64,000 nucleotides of DNA from Bispira polyomma (lineage: Eukaryota). The DNA is taken from positions 3,038,001-3,102,000 of the forward strand of contig OZ287757.1 in the NCBI GenBank assembly GCA_965649765.1. The letters run 5' to 3'. The position numbers and the translations under genes were made by a program. The notes under the pieces were generated by a model. The model was not told the DNA's origin, made no database searches, and was given only the letters and a program-made list of their open reading frames with translations. This document shows, piece by piece, positions 46,201 to 58,200 of this stretch (the stretch's first letter is position 1; every line of letters begins with the position of its first letter).

Positions 46201-49200
46201 TGAAGTTTTCCAAGATTATCCTGACCAGTTGCTGTGTCAGTACATTAGATTTGGCTTTCCTCTTTCTCTCACCAATCCAGAAATGCTTAACAATGCCTCT
46301 GTTACCAATCATTATTCTGCCCTCCAACACACAAGTAGTGTGAGAGAATATCTGGTTAAAGAAAGTAATAAGGGTGCCATGTTGGGCCCAGTGAAGGAGG
46401 TTAGCTCCTCACATTACCATTGTTCACCACTTCTCACACGTCCCAAGGACATTACTAGTCGTAGGGTAATTCTGAACCTCTCATACCCACAAGGCAATTC
46501 GCTTAATGAAAATGTTGATAAGAATATGTTTGATGGGAAAGAATTTATTCTGAAATTTCCTACAATCGATGATATTACTAGTGCGGTCAAAGTCACAGAT
46601 GATCCGGTATTGTTTAAAATCGACGTAGCTCGCGCTTTCCGTAATTTGCGTGTAGATCCTGTCGACGCTGTAAAATTAGGAATCCAGTTTGAAGAGGGTA
46701 GTTACATAGATCCTGCGGTGGCGTTTGGCTGGATTCATGGCAGCGCGGCGTTTCAACGCTGCTCTGACGCAATAGCGTCATATATGCGCAAAAACGGTTT
46801 CAATATGTTCTGCTACATCGACGATTACATTTGCGTCTCCAATAGAGTAGAGGCTCACAGGGGTTTTCAGATTTTGACCAAACTGCTAGACTATTTAGGT
46901 CTCCCCATGAATGCCAACAAACGCACCCCACCTAGTACTAGCATTACTTGTTTGGGTATTAACATTGACACTGTCGCTGGTACTATTAGCATCCAGCATT
47001 CTTGAATGTGTGTGCGACGTGTTTAACAGGCGCTTCATAATGCGCAGTCGGTTTCAGTCCCTCTTAGGAAAATTTCTGTATGTGCACAAATGCGTCAAGC
47101 CGGCACGCACTTTTATTAATAGACTGCTTCACGCATTTAGAAACAACGAGGGTAAGAAGAAATTTGCTATTTCGCAAGACATGCGGAATGACTTAGCGTG
47201 GTTCAAGCAGTTCTTACAGACATTTAACGGAGTAACTTTCATTGACCATCCTATGATTCAAAACATGAGTGAGTTACATTTAGACGCTTGCCTTACCGGT
47301 TTAGGAGGCGTGTGGAAAGATGAGGTGTACGCTACACCATATTTCAATGTTTTTGGCAGAGAGTTGACAATAGTTCACTGGGCGTTAAAGTGGGCGCATC
47401 AACGGGTTTTGTTTCACTGTGACAACATGGCCGTAGTACTGGTTGTGAATTCACAAAAAACTAAGGATGACTTTCTGGCCTCATGTTTGAGGAATATCTG
47501 GCTGCTTGCAGCCACACATGACATCACAATTGACATACAACACATTCCAGGGAAAATTAATGTGATTGCAGATGCGCTTTCTAGACTATTTTCAGATAAA
47601 CCTCCTACTGCAGAGCTAACTGTTAAATTACAAAATTGTTATAAATGGAATGAGGTCCCTATAAGGTACTTTGACCTGGCCTTATCTGTGTAATTTCAGG
47701 TTCTGCCAGTTCCACTCATACACTTGTTCAATCAGCCTGCAACAGAATAGACTTGGCACTGCGACCAAAGACCACTACAGCTTACAGTAACCAATTCAAG
47801 ACATTTTTAGCTTTCTTACATGTTGCTGGCATTAAACACATTAATGTTTCATCAGTTCTGGCTTTCTTAGAATACTTAGCAAAGAATAGCCTTTCACCGG
47901 CTGTCATTGCCAATTACCTCTCATCACTTAAATTTATGGCTAACAAATTACAGTGGCTCCTTTTACACACAACTCTGTTTCTTTATTTACGAGAAGCATT
48001 ACCATCAACTCTACTTTCAGGCCTAGACCTAAGGGATTGTTTGATATACATCAGTTAACACAGATATCACAAGCTTGTCAGATATTGCAGGATCCAGTAC
48101 TTTTTAGGGCTATTTTCCTTCTAGCCTTTTTCGGCTTCTTGAGACTTTCCAATCTGGCTTCTCACTCTAGGGCAGCGTTTGACCCATCTAGGCACTTTCT
48201 TAGACAGAATATTATCTTTGCCCCTCCTGGGGCCCATGTCATCTTGAAATGGGCTAAGAACCTCCAAAACAGATCAGACTCCCACATTATACAAATTCCT
48301 GCACTTCAAAACCAAATTTTATGTCCAATAAGGGCTATACAGCAGCTTATCTTGTCTAGGCCTCTCCCTCCATCTGCACCACTGTTTGCAGTTAACTCAC
48401 CACCATTTTACCCAGTCATAGAGACACATGTGAGAGTCGCATTACAGAGAGTCTTAGAACACATAGGCATTCCATACCATTCACACGGGTTCCACACATT
48501 TAGGAGGTCGGGGGCCACATTTGCTTTCAATAAAAACGTATCACTGCAGAATATTATGTCCCATGGCCTGTGGAGGTCTTCAACTGTATGGACCTACCTA
48601 CAGAAGACCTCCCAAGCTGCTTCAGTGGTGCCTCTCACCTTTGCTGCGGCCATCCCTCCTTCTTAGTTGGGCTTGGGGCTTAAAATTCCATCCTGAAAGC
48701 TAACATGTAAATAAAAACCTCAAATGCAATCTTTTACTGTCTTATAATAAACTTACTTATTAACTTATAACTTTTCACACCACCATTGGACTGTGCATAG
48801 CAAGTCCACCCCAGGGGACTGCTAGATCAGTCCAACCTCCTTTTTCTATCACACTACCTTAATCCCTAGCGAATGCAATAGCATTATCCAACTTTCTGTC
48901 CATCTGGGCCTTGTCCAATCACAGCATTAGCTATTAGTGACCCCTAAGCTAGGATAGCTATCCTCCATATTGAATTTGTGTTTTCACCTGTGAACAGGAT
49001 ATTTAGAAAATTGAAATTTTAACCACGTATTTACACTGAATTGGTTTTATTTATATTTTACTTCTTTTTATTAACTGACGTGGTACTGGAACTAGTGATT
49101 GTTGTGTGAAATGGGGAAAACAAAAGCAACTCCTGTGTTAAGCAGCAAGAAATGGACCACAAAGACAACTTCAACTAGTACAGCCAAGAAAAGGGGTACT

Positions 49201-52200
49201 GGTCAGGTAACTACTACTAATACTCACGATCAATCAGAAATACATAGAACAGTCATTGCCGACACTGCGTGTCCTCTTATTGATTCTCAGTTATTGACCA
49301 GTTCAAATGGATCATCTAGCCAAGCCGGGCTCTCATCTCAGGCCGTACCCCAGTCACAAGTCGAGTCACAAAGCATGTCCGAGGTTCTTTCCATCCTGCA
49401 TGGTCTGGAGACCTCCAACGCTAACATAACCCGGCGATTGCAACTCGTAGAGGACAAACAGACAGTTACACCCGCTAATTCTCCATTACACACCATGAGG
49501 GATGGTACGGTGGTCCAACAGAGACACGAGGGTTATTCGTTACCTCTTCCCCCTCCCAGGTACAACGGGGTCGGGCAGCCGCTGGCTCAACCTATGATGC
49601 AACCACCAACAGGTCAGGGTTACAACACAGATGGTGTCCCCAGTCTCGATGCATTAAGATCTTTTCCAAACGTGCAGGCGGCCGTTACCAGGCAGCTGGC
49701 TGACTATGAAGCCTTGGCCCAAAGGGGTCTAGTCCAGGGTAAGCACTCAATCAGGCAGAAGTCTGGTCGTTATAACTCCACAGATATTACTTTAGCTGAT
49801 CCCCAACTCAGATGGTCTAACGAAGGTTGGGGTGGGGGATCGACTCGTCGAAGGCCAGTCTTTGATGACCTCACGTTGCCACAGTGGGCGGCTGGCCAGC
49901 TGGCCAACTCGCTACAAGTAAGTGATCCGGCAACAATGAAAGCTATGGTGAACCAAGTGGTACACGCACTACGGGATGCAGCCACACTTCCGTGGCCTGC
50001 TGTCAGGACAGCCTGGGCTGTCAGTATGCATGAGATCGAGGAAGGCAGGCTGTCCTGGCAGGACAACACTCAGTGGGCACTGAATCGCATCAGTGCCTCC
50101 CAGATGGCTATGGTAGGCAACAATGGCAGTAACTTGGCTAACGGGGCTTCTTCAGATAGTAAATCCATCTGTAAGCTGTTTAATAATGGCAAGTGTACTC
50201 ACAAGGCGGATCATGGCAATTATCGTCATGTATGTTGGTATTGTAATAAGACATTAGGAAAGGACGCATCGCTCCCAGAGTTCAAATGCTTTAAAGCGAA
50301 TGTAAGTAAACAGCCAGACAAACAACAAGGTAACATCTAGGGCCACGATTCACAACCAGTTGGACGAACATTAGGTAGTGATAAGGGTAATTCAATGATG
50401 AACGGTAACAGTAAATTTGTAAAAGAGTTTAATATAAAGGACAAAAACAGTGAATTAGGTTATTGCGACAGAAGCATGTCTGAAATTAATACAATTGTGC
50501 AATTGCATTTCAAATGGGAGCAGTCACTATGCTAATTCACCAGCTTGGAACAAAGAGGCACACACGTGTCAGGTATCAGTTACCAATTGGAAAACTTTTT
50601 GTGGGGAAATTCAAAATTTGGCCCCAATTGTTTACATTAGGGATAGGGATGGAAAATTCTCAGGTTATTTCCACATGTTTTATGACGTGACTGCTGCCAA
50701 GTGTGTATATGCTCGTGTTGAATTTCCACCTAGCCAAAACCTTTGAATTATTCAAACCTTTCAAACCATAATCCAGGTTCAGGCTGTTTCTTTAAATACT
50801 ACCAGTAATACTAATGTGGAAACTCATCACCAGGCTGTGATCAAGCAAGCTGCTGATACATTTTATTATTTCGAAAGAGATAATGCCTGTTTCAAGCAGT
50901 TGGGTTTTGATTATACTGAATACATGACCAGGTTAGTAGATGCACTTATTAGTGACAGTGAAGATGAAACACCTGACAATTGCCATAAGTCAGACAATTG
51001 TGCAGACTTGTCAAATGTAAGTACACAAAAACCAAGTGAGACTGTAAACAGTCTGATTTGTGATAAAATATACATGAACTCGTCGAGCAATGAATTCACT
51101 CAAATGGTTGATAGTGTTCGAGCAAACAAGGATTTATACAAAGAAATTAAGGACTTTAATGACTCCGAGAAAACCATGGGTTTCTTGGCACTTTCCTCAA
51201 CAGCATTCACATTCATAGGTCCTGACAAACCTGTTAAGAGAATTGAAACAGTAGAAGACATGCTGCAAGTGGCTTCTGTTATCAGAGACACTGCACTTCC
51301 CAATTATAGACAAGCAAGGGTTCCCCTGGTGTCAGGACTTAATCCAGATGCATGGGATGAAGTTTTCCAAGATTATCCTGACCAGTTGCTGTGTCAGTAC
51401 ATTAGATTTGGCTTTCCTCTTTCTCTCACCAATCCAGAAATGCTTAACAATGCCTCTGTTACCAATCATTATTCTGCCCTCCAACACACAAGTAGTGTGA
51501 GAGAATATCTGGTTAAAGAAAGTAATAAGGGTGCCATGTTGGGCCCAGTGAAGGAGGTTAGCTCCTCACATTACCATTGTTCACCACTTCTCACACGTCC
51601 CAAGGACATTACTAGTCGTAGGGTAATTCTGAACCTCTCATACCCACAAGGCAATTCGCTTAATGAAAATGTTGATAAGAATATGTTTGATGGGAAAGAA
51701 TTTATTCTGAAATTTCCTACAATCGATGATATTACTAGTGCGGTCAAAGTCACAGATGATCCGGTATTGTTTAAAATCGACGTAGCTCGCGCTTTCCGTA
51801 ATTTGCGTGTAGATCCTGTCGACGCTGTAAAATTAGGAATCCAGTTTGAAGAGGGTAGTTACATAGATCCTGCGGTGGCGTTTGGCTGGATTCATGGCAG
51901 CGCGGCGTTTCAACGCTGCTCTGACGCAATAGCGTCATATATGCGCAAAAACGGTTTCAATATGTTCTGCTACATCGACGATTACATTTGCGTCTCCAAT
52001 AGAGTAGAGGCTCACAGGGGTTTTCAGATTTTGACCAAACTGCTAGACTATTTAGGTCTCCCCATGAATGCCAACAAACGCACCCCACCTAGTACTAGCA
52101 TTACTTGTTTGGGTATTAACATTGACACTGTCGCTGGTACTATTAGCATCCAGCATTCTTGAATGTGTGTGCGACGTGTTTAACAGGCGCTTCATAATGC

Positions 52201-55200
52201 GCAGTCGGTTTCAGTCCCTCTTAGGAAAATTTCTGTATGTGCACAAATGCGTCAAGCCGGCACGCACTTTTATTAATAGACTGCTTCACGCATTTAGAAA
52301 CAACGAGGGTAAGAAGAAATTTGCTATTTCGCAAGACATGCGGAATGACTTAGCGTGGTTCAAGCAGTTCTTACAGACATTTAACGGAGTAACTTTCATT
52401 GACCATCCTATGATTCAAAACATGAGTGAGTTACATTTAGACGCTTGCCTTACCGGTTTAGGAGGCGTGTGGAAAGATGAGGTGTACGCTACACCATATT
52501 TCAATGTTTTTGGCAGAGAGTTGACAATAGTTCACTGGGCGTTAAAGTGGGCGCATCAACGGGTTTTGTTTCACTGTGACAACATGGCCGTAGTACTGGT
52601 TGTGAATTCACAAAAAACTAAGGATGACTTTCTGGCCTCATGTTTGAGGAATATCTGGCTGCTTGCAGCCACACATGACATCACAATTGACATACAACAC
52701 ATTCCAGGGAAAATTAATGTGATTGCAGATGCGCTTTCTAGACTATTTTCAGATAAACCTCCTACTGCAGAGCTAACTGTTAAATTACAAAATTGTTATA
52801 AATGGAATGAGGTCCCTATAAGGTACTTTGACCTGGCCTTATCTGTGTAATTTCAGGTTCTGCCAGTTCCACTCATACACTTGTTCAATCAGCCTGCAAC
52901 AGAATAGACTTGGCACTGCGACCAAAGACCACTACAGCTTACAGTAACCAATTCAAGACATTTTTAGCTTTCTTACATGTTGCTGGCATTAAACACATTA
53001 ATGTTTCATCAGTTCTGGCTTTCTTAGAATACTTAGCAAAGAATAGCCTTTCACCGGCTGTCATTGCCAATTACCTCTCATCACTTAAATTTATGGCTAA
53101 CAAATTACAGTGGCTCCTTTTACACACAACTCTGTTTCTTTATTTACGAGAAGCATTACCATCAACTCTACTTTCAGGCCTAGACCTAAGGGATTGTTTG
53201 ATATACATCAGTTAACACAGATATCACAAGCTTGTCAGATATTGCAGGATCCAGTACTTTTTAGGGCTATTTTCCTTCTAGCCTTTTTCGGCTTCTTGAG
53301 ACTTTCCAATCTGGCTTCTCACTCTAGGGCAGCGTTTGACCCATCTAGGCACTTTCTTAGACAGGATATTATCTTTGCCCCTCCTGGGGCCCATGTCATC
53401 TTGAAATGGGCTAAGAACCTCCAAAACAGATCAGACTCCCACATTATACAAATTCCTGCACTTCAAAACCAAATTTTATGTCCAATAAGGGCTATACAGC
53501 AGCTTATCTTGTCTAGGCCTCTCCCTCCATCTGCACCACTGTTTGCAGTTAACTCACCACCATTTTACCCAGTCATAGAGACACATGTGAGAGTCGCATT
53601 ACAGAGAGTCTTAGAACACATAGGCATTCCATACCATTCACACGGGTTCCACACATTTAGGAGGTCGGGGGCCACATTTGCTTTCAATAAAAACGTATCA
53701 CTGCAGAATATTATGTCCCATGGCCTGTGGAGGTCTTCAACTGTATGGACCTACCTACAGAAGACCTCCCAAGCTGCTTCAGTGGTGCCTCTCACCTTTG
53801 CTGCGGCCATCCCTCCTTCTTAGTTGGGCTTGGGGCTTAAAATTCCATCCTGAAATTTTAACTGACTTTGATTGTCAACCTGTACATAAGCTAACATGTA
53901 AATAAAAACCTCAAATGCAATCTTTTACTGTCTTATAATAAACTTACTTATTAACTTATAACTTTTCACACCACCATTGGACTGTGCATAGCAAGTCCAC
54001 CCCAGGGGACTGCTAGATCAGTCCAACCTCCTTTTTCTATCACACTACCTTAATCCCTAGCGAATGCAATAGCATTATCCAACTTTCTGTCCATCTGGGC
54101 CTTGTCCAATCACAGCATTAGCTATTAGTGACCCCTAAGCTAGGATAGCTATCCTCCATATTGAATTTGTGTTTTCACCTGTGAACAGGATATTTAGAAA
54201 ATTGAAACCCACCACCTCCCCTTACCACAGCATTATTAAGGATTTATAGAAATTTTTAAGGTTCTCTGATGCATAAGGTTATCCAGGCAGGTTTGACGGC
54301 AACGTGGCGGCCGGGCTCCGGGCCGTGTGGGTCTGGGGTCCTTCCTTCTTACTCCCTCCTCTGAGTTCACCACTGGGGTTCCAGAGTGGAATAAGGGGCT
54401 CTGAGAGGTTGGACTTCACCCTGCTAGGCGGTTGGTGTCCAAGGCCCGGGGTCCTGCTGTTACTACGTTGCATGTTCTCTTTTGCATGGACTTATTTTCA
54501 ATTTATAAGCATAGTTGAACATTGACTCATATGGGATTATAACATACGCGACATTAGAGTGGTCAGCTTCATATGACTCAAGTTAACGATCCAAGGGACA
54601 CTTACTGAGCTAGTTAATACCACTTGTTGAATAAGTAACACAACGTACCAATTTAGACACAATGACGATAACTTGGGTACACGTGTGGTCCCCACAAGGG
54701 CACCTTTTTGTACACGATCACCTAGTGTCAATTAGTATCCATGTATCACAAATACATGTCAGAATTTACAGTAAACAGGGAAGTTTATCCCCTGAAATTG
54801 TTCTTAGTATCTTAGTCACCAAAAGTAACTTTGTTATATATTACAGTACATTATTCACACAATGAACTAGTTGAAGGTGATGTTAATGATAGTCATGTTT
54901 ATAGTAATCAATGTATTTAAATGTATTTTCCTCTTTTGAGGTTATTTTATTGGTTCTAATCCAAAGTCTGGTGTGACTGAGGGGTTTACACTATTCTTTA
55001 TATTTGTGATTGTCTCTTAGCTTATTATTAGCTTTGTTATCGGTTTTTATTTTTGACCCGGCTGTATTTTATGGTAGCCGTGATGGGGCTTAAAATTCCA
55101 TCCTGAAATTTTAACTGACTTTGATTGTCAACCTGTACATAAGCTAACATGTAAATAAAAACCTCAAATGCAATCTTTTACTGTCTTATAATAAACTTAC

Positions 55201-58200
55201 TTATTAACTTATAACTTTTCACACCAACATTGGACTGGGACACTAGTCTAGGTATAACGGTATTAGTGGTGAGACAGTGGGACCGGTTACTCGATTACGG
55301 GCTGAATTTTTTTGGAAACCGGAGTGAAATTTGCGATTCGGGGTTTCGAAAACATCTACATTTTGAAGTTAAAACTCTTATAATATCGCCAAAATAATAT
55401 ATTTGGTCTAATTATTATAGCAAACATACGATTTCCTTCTAATTTACAATATTCCCTCAGATAGTTGCCTTTATTTTTTTGATAGAGTTTGTTTACATCA
55501 GGCACAATTTTGTTAGACTGGTTTCTAAGATTGGTGCATACTAAATTAGTGGATATCCGGAATTAAACTGGTTAGACACTACCGATTACTCTGGCTGTCT
55601 TTTTAGGGCCCGTCTAACCCCTAATTGGTGTCAACAACATTTTGCTTGAATAATATGATTAATAGGAATTCCAAAAAATGCAGGCTTTTACTGCAAATGA
55701 GTAACAAACTATCTGCGGAATCATAAAAATGAGTTTTTCAGGGTGTGTTTGATTTTAAGTATTTGTGTTTATTTTTTTAGTGGTATTCCGGAGTCGGAAA
55801 AGGTTTTGACAAATGATAGCCCAGAACCATGTTTTTGCTACCATCCCACCACTTACTTAATGTGTCATGGTTTTACGATGTTTTAATGTGGTAACATTAG
55901 TAAAAGACGAAGTAAAAAAGGAATAATATAAATTAATTTGTGATGGTTGCTAAGGAAATCCACCGGTTGCTAGGGAAATCTAAGTAATGTTTTTGTTATT
56001 CTGTTTCAGTGAGTCAAGTAAATTTAATTACTTATGTAACTAGTTTCTATAACATTGAAACACAAAAATAGCCTTCTAGTCTGGGTACAATTGTATGTTT
56101 TTTTAGTTTTCAAGCTTGTTCTAAGGTATAACATTTGATCGATTTCAGTTGGAGTAATACCTTATTATCAGGGCAATATACCTAGTTTGTTTGTTGTAAA
56201 TGATATGTAGGTTCATAAATATTGTGATTGCCGGTTGGAAGTTGTATCTTGTGTGCACCAAAGTGTAAAAATGCACATTATTATTACAAGTTTTGAGTTA
56301 ACATGGAGGGAAATGTAAAATTTCAAGTTAATTTGTGCAGGTTGCTAAGAAAATTCACTGGTTGCAAGGGAAATTTAAGAATTTTTCCATAATTTATATA
56401 TATAGATAAAGACCAGTCATTGCGTGTACAATTTGTGGAAGATATGGTCTATCATAGAAAGCAACTGCACAAAGGATTAGTTCTTTGTAAAATTCACAAC
56501 ATCTTTTATTTTATCTGCAGGAAAACGCCTTTTTTGTGGAGAATACTTGCGGTTTTTAACCAATAAACAATAAATTTCTTCTTCCTAGAGTTTTAATCGC
56601 ATAGAAAAAATATTGTTCCACCTATATCATTGCCTAAATATGTATAAAATAAATATTTTGCTATGCACATTGTAAGCAATGTACAAGTTAAGGTCAATTT
56701 TCTCTGTTTTGCAGTGGTTGCTAAAAAAATTATTGGTTGCTATAGAAACAAAAAAATATATATGACTATCTCTGTAGAGTGAGCTTTGCCCTTTAATATT
56801 ATGTATAGTTTGTACATAGTATTTTGAAACATCATTGATCAATTTCGTAATTTTCAAAACACATCATATAAAAATCCTCTCAGAGACTCTCAGAAGTGAT
56901 TACAAACAGGTGCTACCAGAAAGTTGGGGCTGAATTAGTTAATGTATTGACAGTTTGATTCTGTTCTTGAAGAAGTTTTAGCTCTTCTTTTAATTCTACT
57001 TCTCAAATTTGATTTAGTTGTTTTACTTTGGTAGAGTACTTAATAGTCTCTCCTCTTATTTTCATTAAAAAGACTTATTAAAATAAATAATAGTTGACTG
57101 TTAACACCAATAAATCGTCTGAAATATTCTTAAGATTCTCTAAATTATAGACCGGTACAATGTAGTTCCAATATTCTGGATCAATCAATTCATTTATTTG
57201 GTGTAGGTACTGTCGATCTTTCAAAAGACTTGTGTTAAATTTCCATAAACTCTTTCTTCTTTGTAATTGTAATCTTTATGATAGAGTGATGTGATTGATA
57301 ACCTAGAAAAATGTTATTAGAATAAATCATATTAAATAATGTTCTAGAAATCAAGAAGTAGTCCAACCTTGCCTGCTTAAGGCTTTAGTAACACAAACAC
57401 ACAACATGATTGCTGATAACCACGTTGTGTGTGCTCGAGTGGCCAAACTCCATTTATGGAAATTTTTAACATACTTTAATTATATACTAAAATTCATGTA
57501 TTTTATGTGTCACTTGAATAGGTAACTTAAGACATACAATATACATAAAACATTTTCGTAACTGAGGTATAATTTACGGGCTACCCATTTGTGCGTTTAC
57601 GTTACTAAAGCCTTAAGGGGGTTTAGTCTTCTCCAAATGTAACTTTTTGTGTTTTGGAACTTGTGTCTGAAAATATTCATTAATTTAAAGTTTTCCATAA
57701 CAGTCTTCAGTTTTGTTCTTGATTTTGGATTACTGATATGAATATAATTACAGGAGTCCAGATCTTTATCTAAGTACATGTTTGAATGCCCACATAAGAT
57801 AATATAATCACAAGTGGATAAGGTTATTTCTAATTCGACATAGAAGCTCGGTAATCTTGGTTAGTTGAATATATGTTTACTAAGAGTATACTTAAACCTC
57901 TATCAAGTAAAGTACAAGCAAATTGCCATTTTTGTCAGTTATTGTTTTATTAAGAGTGTGATTTAAGTGTTTGGAAAATAATATTGACCCACCTCTAGCA
58001 TTGGTTTTATCGCTATTAATAATACAATTACCATCCCAATTTTGTTTTACTAGTTTTATGTCATTTTCTGTCCAATGTGTTGGATATAGCTACCCCATCT
58101 CAGGCTGATCCACAACTGCATAGTCCCAAGCCAGTTAGTTACTTTGTTATGGATGAACATTGAAGGGTTCCTATGAAGGTGAAGATTGCTAGCCCTTCAC

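Larger units (their letters stand above)
43635..55237 (+). mobile_element. Ngaro tyrosine-recombinase retrotransposon, family 2, tandem dimer A-ORFs-B-A-ORFs-B-A-spacer-B
   Basis: Split direct repeats A (225 bp) and B (154 bp); two near-identical coding units 5157 bp apart; no TSD, only a TG shared with the target. Confidence 0.95.
42551..56942 (+). mobile_element. piggyBac-like DNA transposon remnant (hosts the Ngaro dimer)
   Basis: Transposase C-terminus 42990-43620 (WCDHKPIYLLSS, YMGGVD, KWYSRLF...NAYVI, Cys/His-rich tail); degenerate ends TTTA-CCTATTCAGC and GCTGAATTAG-TTAA; Tx1 sequence resumes on both sides. Confidence 0.75.
35200..58075 (-). mobile_element. Tx1/L1-type LINE split by nested insertions (pieces ~56943-58075, 42517-42550, 41297-42206, 35200-35534)
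   Basis: Endonuclease motifs (YIWRRLNPLKQARLDYFLIS, WKFNTSLLKD), QGEKPTKYFCN, WRPLSMLSVVYKI, IDFEKAFDS, KISQFADD and QWLKRKTTPLGKIT rejoin in order when the insertions are removed. Confidence 0.85.

Noticed and set aside
54260-54300. Hammerhead ribozyme at CTGATG
   Set aside because: Reads CTGATGC rather than CTGATGA and has no properly placed GAAA or stems.
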